In this document: positions 9,741 to 18,458 of the stretch, piece after piece
Numbering within the stretch: position 1 is the first letter of the stretch
Layout of the letters: the number at the start of each line of letters is the position of its first letter
Assembly: GCA_938084645.1 (NCBI GenBank)
Contig: CALKEP010000001.1
Span: forward strand, 136,972 to 200,971
DNA: 64,000 nucleotides
Direction: 5' to 3'
Source: an uncultured Phycisphaerales bacterium
Lineage (GTDB): Bacteria; Planctomycetota; Phycisphaerae; Phycisphaerales; SM1A02
Notes under the pieces: generated by a model
Databases searched by the model: none
What the model was told of the DNA's origin: nothing
The model's input: only the letters and a program-made list of their open reading frames with translations
Translations under genes and position numbers: made by a program

Positions 9741-9741
9741 C

Positions 9742-10992
9742 ATGGCGAAACGGGTTCCCCTGGAGATCCTCGACCTGCCCGAGCAGCGCTACACCTGTCA
9801 TGGGTGCGGCGACTGCTGTCGCGACTTCAGCGTGCAGCTTCGCGACGAGGACCTCGAACGGCTCGAGGCGCAGGGATGGGCGAAGGAACGCGGGGAGTCG
9901 GTGACCGTGGAATTCCGCGGTCGGCGGTACCTTCGTCAGCGACCCGACGGGGGGTGTCTCTTCCTGCAGGACGACGGGCTGTGCGAGATCCACGCCCGGT
10001 ACGGCTTTCATGAGAAGCCCGTCGCGTGCCGACTCTTCCCCTTCAATCTCGCACCGGATTCGGGCGGCACCCGCGCGGGACTCAACTTCGCCTGCCAGAG
10101 CGTGCGGGCCAATCGAGGTTCGACGCTCGAATCGCATCGAGACGACCTTCGGCGGGCATTGCGTGAAGTACCCGAATCGGTCGTGGTGGCTCCGCCGCTT
10201 CTTGCCGGCGACCTGCGTGCCGAACCAGCCGAAGTGGATGCCTTGACCGCCGGACTCGATCGCTGGCTGGGTCGCGATGAAGTGCCGCTGACCATCCGGC
10301 TTGATGGATTCGCCTGGCTCGCACAGGGCATCGGTGCCGCGTCGTTCTCGGAGGTCCGGGGGGAACGGATCACGGAGCTGATCGATCTTCTCGTCTCGGC
10401 GCTTCCCGACGAGCTTCTTCACCTGCCCGTCGATCCGCCGGGACGGGGGCAGCGGAAGCAGCTGCGGCAGGCGGTCTTCGCCCGGATCGAGGATCCGCGG
10501 TTCACCGACGACGAATCGCGTCCCACGCTCGGGGCGAAGCTCGACCAGTGGCGTCGAAGTCGACGGTTCGCACGGGGGCGGGGCTCGATCCCGGGCCTGG
10601 CCCGAGGCTGGTCGATCCCCGAGGATTTCGAGTCGGTGGCGGCGATGCCGAAGGTCCCCGGAAGCGAGGCGGTGACCGATCTCGTCGTCCGGTGGCTGCG
10701 ATCGACGGTGCGCGGCGGCCGCGCGTGGGGAAGCGGTTACTACGGTTGGAGCATCGCCGACGGGGTCCAGGCGCTGGCGCTGAATCTCGCCTGCGTCGGC
10801 TGGCTCGCCCGTGCCCACGCGGCGGGCGTCGGTGAGGAGGTCGTCACGCTCGACTCGGTCGGCGAGGCGCTCGGCCGCATCGACCGAGCATCCGGGCGCG
10901 CCGTCTGGCTTGGATCGATGGGGGAGCGCCTCCGGCTCCGCTACCTCGCGACGGATGACGGCCTGCGCCGACTCGTCCGGTCGAACTGGTGA
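9742..10992 (+). CDS. YkgJ/FliB-like cysteine-cluster (Fe-S or Zn) protein with long helical C-terminal region
   Basis: CHGCGDCC, CLFL...LCEIH, KPVACRLFPF, NFAC; starts 1 nt after the rdgB stop. Confidence 0.8.
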   Translation: MAKRVPLEILDLPEQRYTCHGCGDCCRDFSVQLRDEDLERLEAQGWAKERGESVTVEFRGRRYLRQRPDGGCLFLQDDGLCEIHARYGFHEKPVACRLFPFNLAPDSGGTRAGLNFACQSVRANRGSTLESHRDDLRRALREVPESVVVAPPLLAGDLRAEPAEVDALTAGLDRWLGRDEVPLTIRLDGFAWLAQGIGAASFSEVRGERITELIDLLVSALPDELLHLPVDPPGRGQRKQLRQAVFARIEDPRFTDDESRPTLGAKLDQWRRSRRFARGRGSIPGLARGWSIPEDFESVAAMPKVPGSEAVTDLVVRWLRSTVRGGRAWGSGYYGWSIADGVQALALNLACVGWLARAHAAGVGEEVVTLDSVGEALGRIDRASGRAVWLGSMGERLRLRYLATDDGLRRLVRSNW

Positions 10993-11004
10993 GTCGCGTT
11001 CCGT

Positions 11005-12306
11005 TCACTCGGTCGGCGCGGGTTCCGGGCCGCGAGCCCGGGTGAAGGGCCAGACGGGGTACCGCCTGCCGTTCAGCAGGACGCCGAGGGCCGTCCCGCG
11101 GACCGCGACGTGATAGACGATGAGCAGGACGACGGTGACCAGGACGATCATGACCGGCATCTTCACGATGCCCCACATGTTCCAACCGCGGAACAGGGAC
11201 GGGATGAAGAAGGTCAACGGCAGGTGCATCAGGTAGATCCAGTAGGAGGCGTCCACCATGTAACGCACCACCGGATTCGCCCGGGTGAACAGTCGCTCGC
11301 TCACTCCGGTGATGCCCAGGATCAGGATCCAGCAGGTGGTGGCCTGGAGGCACTGGTTCGCGATGAACATCGCCTCCGCGTATTCCTCCTGCGCGTCGAC
11401 CGCCGCGCTGGTGGCGATCGCCAGGATCACGGCGACCACCAGAAGCGTCGCCCCCACGCCGAGTCGAATCCAAGCCCAGTTCTTCAGGCGATCGACGAGC
11501 TCGCGGTTTCCGAACGCCGCCCAGCCGACGCCGAAGTAGATGGCGTAGAGAAAGATCACGTGCCAGAGCGGCCAGAACGACTCGGCGGTGTCGATTCCCG
11601 GCTCCTCCATCGTGAGCATCAGGAACGACGTGGCGACGATGACCGCCGGTACCCCGACCCACCGCAGGCGACCGAGGGCGAGGCTGCGAAAGCCCGTGCG
11701 GAGCCATCCGGCGACGGGGCCCGAGAAACGGCGAAGCAGGTAGGTCGCGGTCGCGAAGGCCAGGTAGTAGTAGACGAGGTAGTAGAGGAACCAGAGGTGC
11801 ATCGGGCCGGCTTCGGCGAAGTCCGCGTTCAGGGACATCTTGTCGTAGGCGAGGCCGATGGTCCGGTCTTCGGCGGGCAGGTACGACCATGTGAAGGCGA
11901 AGCTGATCGACCATGCGAGCAGCGGGTAGATGACGAACCATCCGATCACCAGCGGAAGCACGATCCGATCGTAGCGGTGGCTCGTGAATCCTCCGGGGCC
12001 GCGGCGATCGAAGAGCATCGCGCCGAAGAAACCGGCCATCACGAAGAACGCGGGCATGCGGAAGATGTGGATGCCGAGCACCAGGATCCCGGCGAACGCG
12101 GTGCGGTCGGGGTCCTCGTAGATCCAGATCTGCGGCTCGCAATAGACGAGTGCGGTGTGGATCACCACGCCGAGCAGCATCATCGCCGCGCGGACCACGT
12201 CGAGTCCGTGGTACCGACCGGTGCCGGGAGACCGTGGGTGGAGCGGATGATCGGTCGGAAGCGGGGGTGGTGATGCGGCGGCGATGCCGCGGTCGGTCGC
12301 GTTCAT
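11005..12306 (-). CDS. Acyltransferase family 3 membrane protein (OpgC/MdoC-like)
   Basis: RYHGLDVVRAAMMLLGVVIH, HIFRMPAFFVMAGFF, HLWFLYYL, ASYWIYLMHLP; about 10 TM segments. Confidence 0.88.
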   Translation of the reverse strand: MNATDRGIAAASPPPLPTDHPLHPRSPGTGRYHGLDVVRAAMMLLGVVIHTALVYCEPQIWIYEDPDRTAFAGILVLGIHIFRMPAFFVMAGFFGAMLFDRRGPGGFTSHRYDRIVLPLVIGWFVIYPLLAWSISFAFTWSYLPAEDRTIGLAYDKMSLNADFAEAGPMHLWFLYYLVYYYLAFATATYLLRRFSGPVAGWLRTGFRSLALGRLRWVGVPAVIVATSFLMLTMEEPGIDTAESFWPLWHVIFLYAIYFGVGWAAFGNRELVDRLKNWAWIRLGVGATLLVVAVILAIATSAAVDAQEEYAEAMFIANQCLQATTCWILILGITGVSERLFTRANPVVRYMVDASYWIYLMHLPLTFFIPSLFRGWNMWGIVKMPVMIVLVTVVLLIVYHVAVRGTALGVLLNGRRYPVWPFTRARGPEPAPTE

Positions 12307-12935
12307 TTCAGGGCGGCCTCGAGAAGCGGCCGGCATGCCCGGCGTCCGGCTTCAAGCGCCTCGCGATCGAGCGGAATCTCCAGGAACTCGATGACTCCTC
12401 CGGTGAACTCCCACGGCACGTCGAGCGCGTCGAGCGGGGTGGTGCCGTCCTTGTTCATCGCCTGCGGATCGGCACCGGCCTCGAGGAGGAGCGTGACGCA
12501 CTCGGGACGACCGAAGAAGGCGGCGCCGATCAGCGGCGTGCCGCGCTCGAGGCTCCGGACGTCGGGATCCCCGCCGGCCTCGAGGATCACCTTCATCGCG
12601 TCGACTCTGCCGAAATCCGCGGCCCATTCGAGTGCGGAGACGCCGAACGTCGGATCGAGCGCGTTCGGGTCGCCCGCCCTCGCAAGCCGGGCCTTGAGCG
12701 TGGCGACTTCGCCCATCGCGGCCGGGGTCCAGATGTCGACCACTTCGGTGGAGGCCGGTTGGTCGACGGGATCGGGCGTGCTCGGACCGGCCACGGGACC
12801 GCTCGTCGAACCAGTCGAAGCGGAGTCGTCCCCGCATCCCAGCGGCAGGCCGACAACGGCGATCAAGGTGAGGATCCGCAGTCCGAAACGAGCCGGGGTG
12901 CTGGAACCTCGGTGGGTGACAGGAGCGTCGTGCAT
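12303..12935 (-). CDS. Ankyrin-repeat lipoprotein
   Basis: Lipobox LPLGC; ankyrin repeats SALEWAA, GTPLIGAAFFG, LLEAGADP, GTTPLD; ATGA overlap with the acyltransferase. Confidence 0.85.
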   Translation of the reverse strand: MHDAPVTHRGSSTPARFGLRILTLIAVVGLPLGCGDDSASTGSTSGPVAGPSTPDPVDQPASTEVVDIWTPAAMGEVATLKARLARAGDPNALDPTFGVSALEWAADFGRVDAMKVILEAGGDPDVRSLERGTPLIGAAFFGRPECVTLLLEAGADPQAMNKDGTTPLDALDVPWEFTGGVIEFLEIPLDREALEAGRRACRPLLEAALK

Positions 12936-13095
12936 CGAAGGTCTCCTCGGGGGATGTCGGATGGGACTGGATCGAGGTGGAACTCCATCAGCGTACCGAC
13001 TTCGAGGCCTCGTTCATCCGTCCGAGCTGTCTCCGGTCCCTGGAAATCGGACACCCAGCGTGGTCGAGATCGGTCTCCACGATCGACCGCGACGG

Positions 13096-14850
13096 TCAGC
13101 CCTTGCCCGACTTCCCGCGGCCACCATCGCCGCCCTTCCCATTCGCACCACCCGCGCTCTTGCCGCCGCCCTTGCCGCCCTTGCCGGACTTGTCGCCGGA
13201 TCCCGGACGCCTCGGCAGTTCCTCGAAGCGGGCGGGACCGAGTGCGGCGAGCAACTGTGCTTCGACCTGGTCGTCCAGTCGATCGAACCCCTCGTACCCG
13301 GGTTCTCGCCAGGCCTGTTCGCCGAGGGACTTCGCTTCGGCGCCGTCGTCGATCACCGCTTCGACCATCGCCCGGGCGATGCGAGTCTCGTTGTCGATTC
13401 GCCGCTGAATGGCGTCGCTGCGAAGGAACTCGATCTGCAATCGGATGCCGGCGTCGATCTCGGTGAGCGACGCGAGGCGCTCATCGTCGAGACCTTCGAG
13501 CCCCAGCGCGACTTCGGTCGCCTCTTCGCACCACCGGGAACGCATCTGAGCCCGGAATCCCGTCCGACGAGCGACGTCCAGGAAGGCGGCCGCGGATTCG
13601 GGATCGATCGCTTCGAGGCGGGTGCGGATCAGATCGATTCGTCCGAGGATCGCATCCCGCACCGCGAGTTCGGCGGTGAGTTCCGCGGTTGCGGCGTTCC
13701 GGACCCGAGACCGGACTCTCGAGTCACCGTCGCCGCCGGATTCGATCATCTCGATCGCGAGTTCCATCGCCTGCTTCTCACGGCGGATCCGCGCCTCGGT
13801 CCGGGCGTCGAAACTCGTCGCGATCTCGCGCAGCATCTCCAGCTCGTCGTTCTCCAGTCCCGCCGCCTCGTATTCGGTCGCGTCGATCGACGTCAGTGCG
13901 GCGACGAGGTCCGTGGTGGCGCCGCCCATCCGGGAGTCGGCCAATCCGTGCTGGATTCGAATCTCGTCGAGCAGGCCGGCGAACGATGCCTCCATGCGGG
14001 GATCGACCAGCGTGGCGATCGATTCGACGGTCGCGGCACGGAGTTCCCCCCGTCGTTGATCCATGCGGTTCATGGCCTCGAGCATGCCGCGGCCGGCGAC
14101 GCCGCCACCGGCTCGTTCGATGGTGGCGCGACGTCTCTCCACCATCGGTTCCAGCATCGCGAGTCGAGTCCGCATGCCCTCCATGCGGCCTTCCATCCAG
14201 TCGAGGGTGCCGCGAATCTTCTCCTCGCTCACGCCACGCTGGGACATGCCCTCGGAAATCCGGGACTCCAGGGCACGCTGGTTCGATTCATCAGCCGCCT
14301 GGAAGATCGGCTCGAGGCGTGCGATTTCAACCTGGCTCGCGCGAAGGTCGAGCAGCTCGCGGAACCGCGAGGCCTCGGTCTCGAAGGCGTCTTCGTAGTC
14401 GAGCAGGATGCTCTCGGCGATGGGTGCGGTCGCGTCGTCGAGTTGGAGTCGGTCGACGACGAGCTGGATGTCCCGCCGGATGAACTCCGGTCGCAGCAGC
14501 GTCCGGAAGTCGCCGCCGTCGGGCACCCGCATCGCGTACCAGAGGTGCCCCCCGGTGTTCTCCTTCGCGTCCTCGTCGTTCGTCTCCTTGTCCTCACCGA
14601 CCAGTTTCGACGCCGCGTCCCAGACCGCCTTCGCATCTTCTCCGGTCATCGCCCCGGCCCGGACCGCCATCTTCAAGTCGCCGCCCAGCTCCGCAAGGAA
14701 CTTTTCGGGATCCGATTCGGGCGATGCGGGGGGGCCCGCCGGTCCCTTCTGGGCCAGTCCCTCGGACGTGAGGCCGAATACGAGCAGACAGGTCAGCGTC
14801 ATCAGCTGGATGCGATCGATGCGGATCATCGTGGAGAAGATCGATGTCAT
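13096..14850 (-). CDS. Hypothetical secreted alpha-helical protein
   Basis: Long ORF with signal-peptide-like N-terminus (LLVFGLTSEGLA), Glu/Arg/Ala-rich helical body and Gly/Lys tail. Start uncertain. Confidence 0.72.
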   Translation of the reverse strand: MTSIFSTMIRIDRIQLMTLTCLLVFGLTSEGLAQKGPAGPPASPESDPEKFLAELGGDLKMAVRAGAMTGEDAKAVWDAASKLVGEDKETNDEDAKENTGGHLWYAMRVPDGGDFRTLLRPEFIRRDIQLVVDRLQLDDATAPIAESILLDYEDAFETEASRFRELLDLRASQVEIARLEPIFQAADESNQRALESRISEGMSQRGVSEEKIRGTLDWMEGRMEGMRTRLAMLEPMVERRRATIERAGGGVAGRGMLEAMNRMDQRRGELRAATVESIATLVDPRMEASFAGLLDEIRIQHGLADSRMGGATTDLVAALTSIDATEYEAAGLENDELEMLREIATSFDARTEARIRREKQAMELAIEMIESGGDGDSRVRSRVRNAATAELTAELAVRDAILGRIDLIRTRLEAIDPESAAAFLDVARRTGFRAQMRSRWCEEATEVALGLEGLDDERLASLTEIDAGIRLQIEFLRSDAIQRRIDNETRIARAMVEAVIDDGAEAKSLGEQAWREPGYEGFDRLDDQVEAQLLAALGPARFEELPRRPGSGDKSGKGGKGGGKSAGGANGKGGDGGRGKSGKG

Positions 14851-14926
14851 TGAAAGAAGCCTCGAATGTGCCTTCGGCGTGAATTCGGGTGGTCTCGAGT
14901 TGGTTCCAACGGACCGGGCGAGCACG

Positions 14927-14986
14927 ATCCTAGTTTGACGAAGAAATTAGTCAATAGAGTGACCATGGATTACGAAAGTTTTCGTA
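14927..14986 (-). promoter_or_regulatory. Candidate promoter with two palindromic operator-like sites
   Basis: AT-rich patch. Minus-strand TTGACT-N16-TAGGAT (14954-14927); TTGAC-N10-GTCAA (14935-14954); perfect TACGAAA-GT-TTTCGTA (14971-14986). Confidence 0.6.
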
Positions 14987-15013
14987 TAAAAGCGCCGTCG
15001 GCCCGGCCCGACC

Positions 15014-15994
15014 TCAGTTCGGATCGGCGTCCGGCGCGGCCACGGCTTCGGGGCGTCCCGATCGGATCCGACGGATCCACCAGATGAAGGCCAGCAGGCC
15101 CAGTGGAATCGAGACGATCGCCTCCGAGGCGCTTTCGAGGAGGGCCAGTTGCTGGAACGTCGCATCGAGTTCGCCGGCGTCGAGATCCGGTGTCGCGAGT
15201 CGCGCGGCCAGGAACGCGACGGCGGCTTCCCGCCAACCGAGTCTCCCCAGCGGATTCAGGGCGACCACCAACGCGGTCACCGCGAGGAGCAGGACATCGC
15301 CGACCGGCAGTTCGATTCCGAGGATGGTGGCCGCGATGCCGAGCCGGACCGCCCACATGGCGAGGTCGAAGGCCCGCAGGCCGAACGCGAGGGCGATCCA
15401 TCTCCGGTCGGTCAGCATCGCCTCGCCGCCGCGGGTGAAGCGACGGACGATCGGAAGCCCGGCGAGCAGTGGAAGCGCGAGCACGAGCGCGACCAGAGGC
15501 GCGATGAAGAGCAACGCCCACGCGATCCCGGGTTCGGGTTGAAGAAGCGTCGCACCGACCGCGGCGCCCATCACGCCGACCACCGCGATCGCCACGACCG
15601 CGATCCAGCCGGTGACGAAGAGGATGGAGAAGCGATCCACCCGGACGTGATACAGATACCGGCTCATCACGCCGAGCCGGATCGGAGCGTAGTTGAAGAG
15701 TGCGGCGGTGAGATTCACCCCCTGCAACACCATGAAGCGTTCGCGGTGGACCGGGCGGATCGTCGCGAAGAAGATCGCCCCGTTCGCGATCAGGCTCGCG
15801 ATCGAACAACCGAGCATCGCGGCGATCAGGCCGCCGTCCGCCTCCTTCATCCGGGTCCAACCGTCCTCGCCACCCTCGAATGCGCCCTTGACGCACCAGA
15901 CGACGAGTGCGAGCCCGATGGCGAAGCCGACGAGCTGAAGAACCAGTCGGAATCCGCGTGGCAGGCCCGCGCGAGCTTCTTCACTCAGTTTCAT
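15014..15994 (-). CDS. Polytopic membrane protein, lysylphosphatidylglycerol-synthase TM/flippase-like
   Basis: About 8 TM segments, FNYAPIRLG..RYLY, PLGRLGWREAA; ATGA-coupled to the GT2. Confidence 0.7.
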   Translation of the reverse strand: MKLSEEARAGLPRGFRLVLQLVGFAIGLALVVWCVKGAFEGGEDGWTRMKEADGGLIAAMLGCSIASLIANGAIFFATIRPVHRERFMVLQGVNLTAALFNYAPIRLGVMSRYLYHVRVDRFSILFVTGWIAVVAIAVVGVMGAAVGATLLQPEPGIAWALLFIAPLVALVLALPLLAGLPIVRRFTRGGEAMLTDRRWIALAFGLRAFDLAMWAVRLGIAATILGIELPVGDVLLLAVTALVVALNPLGRLGWREAAVAFLAARLATPDLDAGELDATFQQLALLESASEAIVSIPLGLLAFIWWIRRIRSGRPEAVAAPDADPN

Positions 15995-16743
15995 CGGCCG
16001 GGGGTCCTCGCCGCACGGCGACTGCGGCGCCACTCCCGGAGCATCGCGGACAACGCCTCGAACCCGTCCCGGATGCCGATCTTCTTTCCTTCGGCGAAAC
16101 TTCTCGGATCGTACGAGACCCCGACCTCCGCGACCGAAGCGTCATGTCTCGCCAACGCGGCGGCGAGCTGCGGTTCGACCCCGAAGTGGTCTTCGTCGAG
16201 ATCCGGGAGGATCCTGCGGAGCATCGGCACCCGCATGACCTTGTAACAGCACTCCATGTCGTGAATCTTGAGTCCGGTGAACAGGTTCGACGTCAAGGTC
16301 AGGAGTCCGTTGGCGAATCGGTGGGCCCGTCGGACCACGTTCGGCTGGACTTCGAGCCATCGGTTTCCGACCACGGCATCGGTGGCGGGGTGCAGGCCGA
16401 AGGTCTGCACGAAACGGACCAGATCGGCGGGGTCGTACTCGAGGTCCGCGTCCTGAATCCCGACGAGGTCCTCGTCGGCGGCGGCGTCGAGGATGTGCTT
16501 GAAACCGGTGCGGACCGCGGCGCCCTTGCCTCGGTTCGCGGCGTGGGCCAGGAGTATCACGTCGCCGTGGCGATCCTGAAGCGAGGCCGCCACGGCTCGA
16601 GCGGTCTCGGCCGAGCCGTCGTCGACGAGAATCATGCGTGCGGACCAGTCCTCGGGCCAGTCCACCCGCTCGACCTTGGAGACGACCTCTTCGAGGGTCG
16701 CCTCCTCGTCGAGGAATGGAATGACCAGATGAAGGACCGGCAT
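15991..16743 (-). CDS. Glycosyltransferase family 2 (polyprenol-phosphate sugar synthase-like)
   Basis: VIPFLDEE, VDDGS, NRGKGAAVRTG, QDADLEYDP, DMECCYK, GKKIGIRDG. Confidence 0.92.
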   Translation of the reverse strand: MPVLHLVIPFLDEEATLEEVVSKVERVDWPEDWSARMILVDDGSAETARAVAASLQDRHGDVILLAHAANRGKGAAVRTGFKHILDAAADEDLVGIQDADLEYDPADLVRFVQTFGLHPATDAVVGNRWLEVQPNVVRRAHRFANGLLTLTSNLFTGLKIHDMECCYKVMRVPMLRRILPDLDEDHFGVEPQLAAALARHDASVAEVGVSYDPRSFAEGKKIGIRDGFEALSAMLREWRRSRRAARTPGR

Positions 16744-16799
16744 GGACGCACCCTTCGCGACGTCAGGTGTTCATACGTTCAGGCCACCGTCGCCGGTGA

Positions 16800-17798
16800 T
16801 CAGCCTTCCGTGCTCTCATCACCTTCCGCGACCGTGTTTCGCATCGCGGTGTCGGCCACCACGTTCTGCATTCGGTAGTGATCCATGATGCCGAGATTCC
16901 CGTCGCGGAAGGCCTGGGCCATCGCCTTGGGGACCTCGGCTTCAGCCAGAATCACCAGCGCGCGGTTCTTGGCCGCTTCAGCGGTGTGTTCGGCTTCCTG
17001 TGCGATCGCGAGTGCGCGTCGCTGCTCCGCTTCGGCCTGATACCGCTTGGTGTCGGCCTCGGCCTGGTCGGTCTGGAGCTGGGCGCCGATGTTGGTGCCC
17101 ACGTCGACGTCCGCGATGTCGATGGAGAGGATCTCGAACGCGGTTCCGGAGTCGAGGCCCTTCGAGAGCACCGTCTTCGAGATCTGGTCGGGATTCTCAA
17201 GCACCCGCTTGTGGCTTTCGGCGGAACCGATGGTCGAGATGATGCCTTCGCCGACTCGTGCGACGATCGTCTCCTCGGTCGCACCGCCGACCAACTGGGC
17301 GATGTTCGTTCTCACCGTGACTCTGGCTCGCGCCCGCAACTGGATGCCGTCGCCCGCGACCGCGTCGATCGTGGGGCGGGTTCCCTGGGCGCTGGGGCAG
17401 TCGATCACCTTGGGGTCGACCGAAGTCCGAACCGCTTCCAGGATGTCGCGGCCGGCGAGGTCGATCGCCGTGGCGCGGTCCCAGGGAAGATCGATCTTGG
17501 CCTTGTCCGCGGCGATCATCGCTCGGACGACGCGATCGACGGTTCCACCAGCGAGGTAGTGCGCCTCGAGTTGAGCGGCGGAAAGTTCCAGTCCGGCCTT
17601 CTTCGCGGTGATGCGATTGCCGACCACCACGCCGGGCGAGACCTTTCGAAGTCGCATCATGAAGAGATCGAGCAGTCCGACGGGCGCGCCCGAGACGATC
17701 GACTGGATCCAAAGGCCCGCGAAGCGGCCGAAGATCGCAAGAATCACGAGCGCGAAGAGGCCGGCGACGGCCAGCGCGACGATTTCCCAATTTGCCAT
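16800..17798 (-). CDS. floA: Flotillin-like protein FloA (YqfA/UPF0365)
   Basis: [66 protein letters not shown]; downstream of nfeD genes. Confidence 0.93.
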   Translation of the reverse strand: MANWEIVALAVAGLFALVILAIFGRFAGLWIQSIVSGAPVGLLDLFMMRLRKVSPGVVVGNRITAKKAGLELSAAQLEAHYLAGGTVDRVVRAMIAADKAKIDLPWDRATAIDLAGRDILEAVRTSVDPKVIDCPSAQGTRPTIDAVAGDGIQLRARARVTVRTNIAQLVGGATEETIVARVGEGIISTIGSAESHKRVLENPDQISKTVLSKGLDSGTAFEILSIDIADVDVGTNIGAQLQTDQAEADTKRYQAEAEQRRALAIAQEAEHTAEAAKNRALVILAEAEVPKAMAQAFRDGNLGIMDHYRMQNVVADTAMRNTVAEGDESTEG

Positions 17799-17852
17799 TC
17801 AAAGTCCTCTCTAAGGTTCGCACAGTCTACCCGGTTCAGGGCCCGCGTCCGC

Positions 17853-18458
17853 TCATCCGGCGGTCGGGCCCTTCGGACGGACCTTGATCTGATTGTCGAT
17901 GATCTCGACGATCTCGACCTCGGTGCCCTGATCGATGATGCCGGATTCCGCTAGGGCGTCCATCCGGCGATCGCCGATGCGGATCACCCCGACCGGTCGC
18001 AAGGGCGTCGCGGTGACCGCAGTGGTGCCGACCAGCGCGACGGCGGCTTCGCGGTCGGCTTCCCGGTGCTTCGCGAGTTCGTCCGCCACCTGCTCTTCAT
18101 CGAGGCCTCGGGTCGCGACCGTCTCGGTCCCACCGAGGATGAGTCTTCGCCCGATGGGACTTCCGGACCAGAGTTTCACGCCGTAGACGAGGATGAAGGG
18201 GCTTGCGACGATGTAGGTGACGATGGCAAAGACACCGGCACTGGTGGAGTGGTAGAAGAAGCTGATGATCGACGCGATGACCACGGCGCCGCAGAGGATG
18301 CCGAGCATCCCCGCGGTCGGAATGAACAACTCGATCGCGAAGATCGCGAGCGCGAGAATGCCGAGGCCGATCCCGATGACCAGCCAGGAGCCGTCTGGCG
18401 GCAGGTCGGCCGGGGCCTGGGCGAGGGTCGTGAGTCCGGTCGCGAGAGTCTCGGTCAT
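17853..18458 (-). CDS. Short NfeD-family protein (TM + OB fold)
   Basis: ELFIPTAGMLG TM hairpins; C-terminal TPLRPVG...MDALAE..IDQGTEVEIV OB fold. Confidence 0.85.
   Translation of the reverse strand: MTETLATGLTTLAQAPADLPPDGSWLVIGIGLGILALAIFAIELFIPTAGMLGILCGAVVIASIISFFYHSTSAGVFAIVTYIVASPFILVYGVKLWSGSPIGRRLILGGTETVATRGLDEEQVADELAKHREADREAAVALVGTTAVTATPLRPVGVIRIGDRRMDALAESGIIDQGTEVEIVEIIDNQIKVRPKGPTAG

Noticed and set aside
12391..14853. 820-aa plus-strand ORF, and similar long antisense ORFs (385-2241, 35528-37756, 39656-41572, 28166-29962, 46129-47955)
   Set aside because: They shadow well-supported genes on the opposite strand, have no recognisable motifs, and are expected in high-GC DNA with few stop codons.
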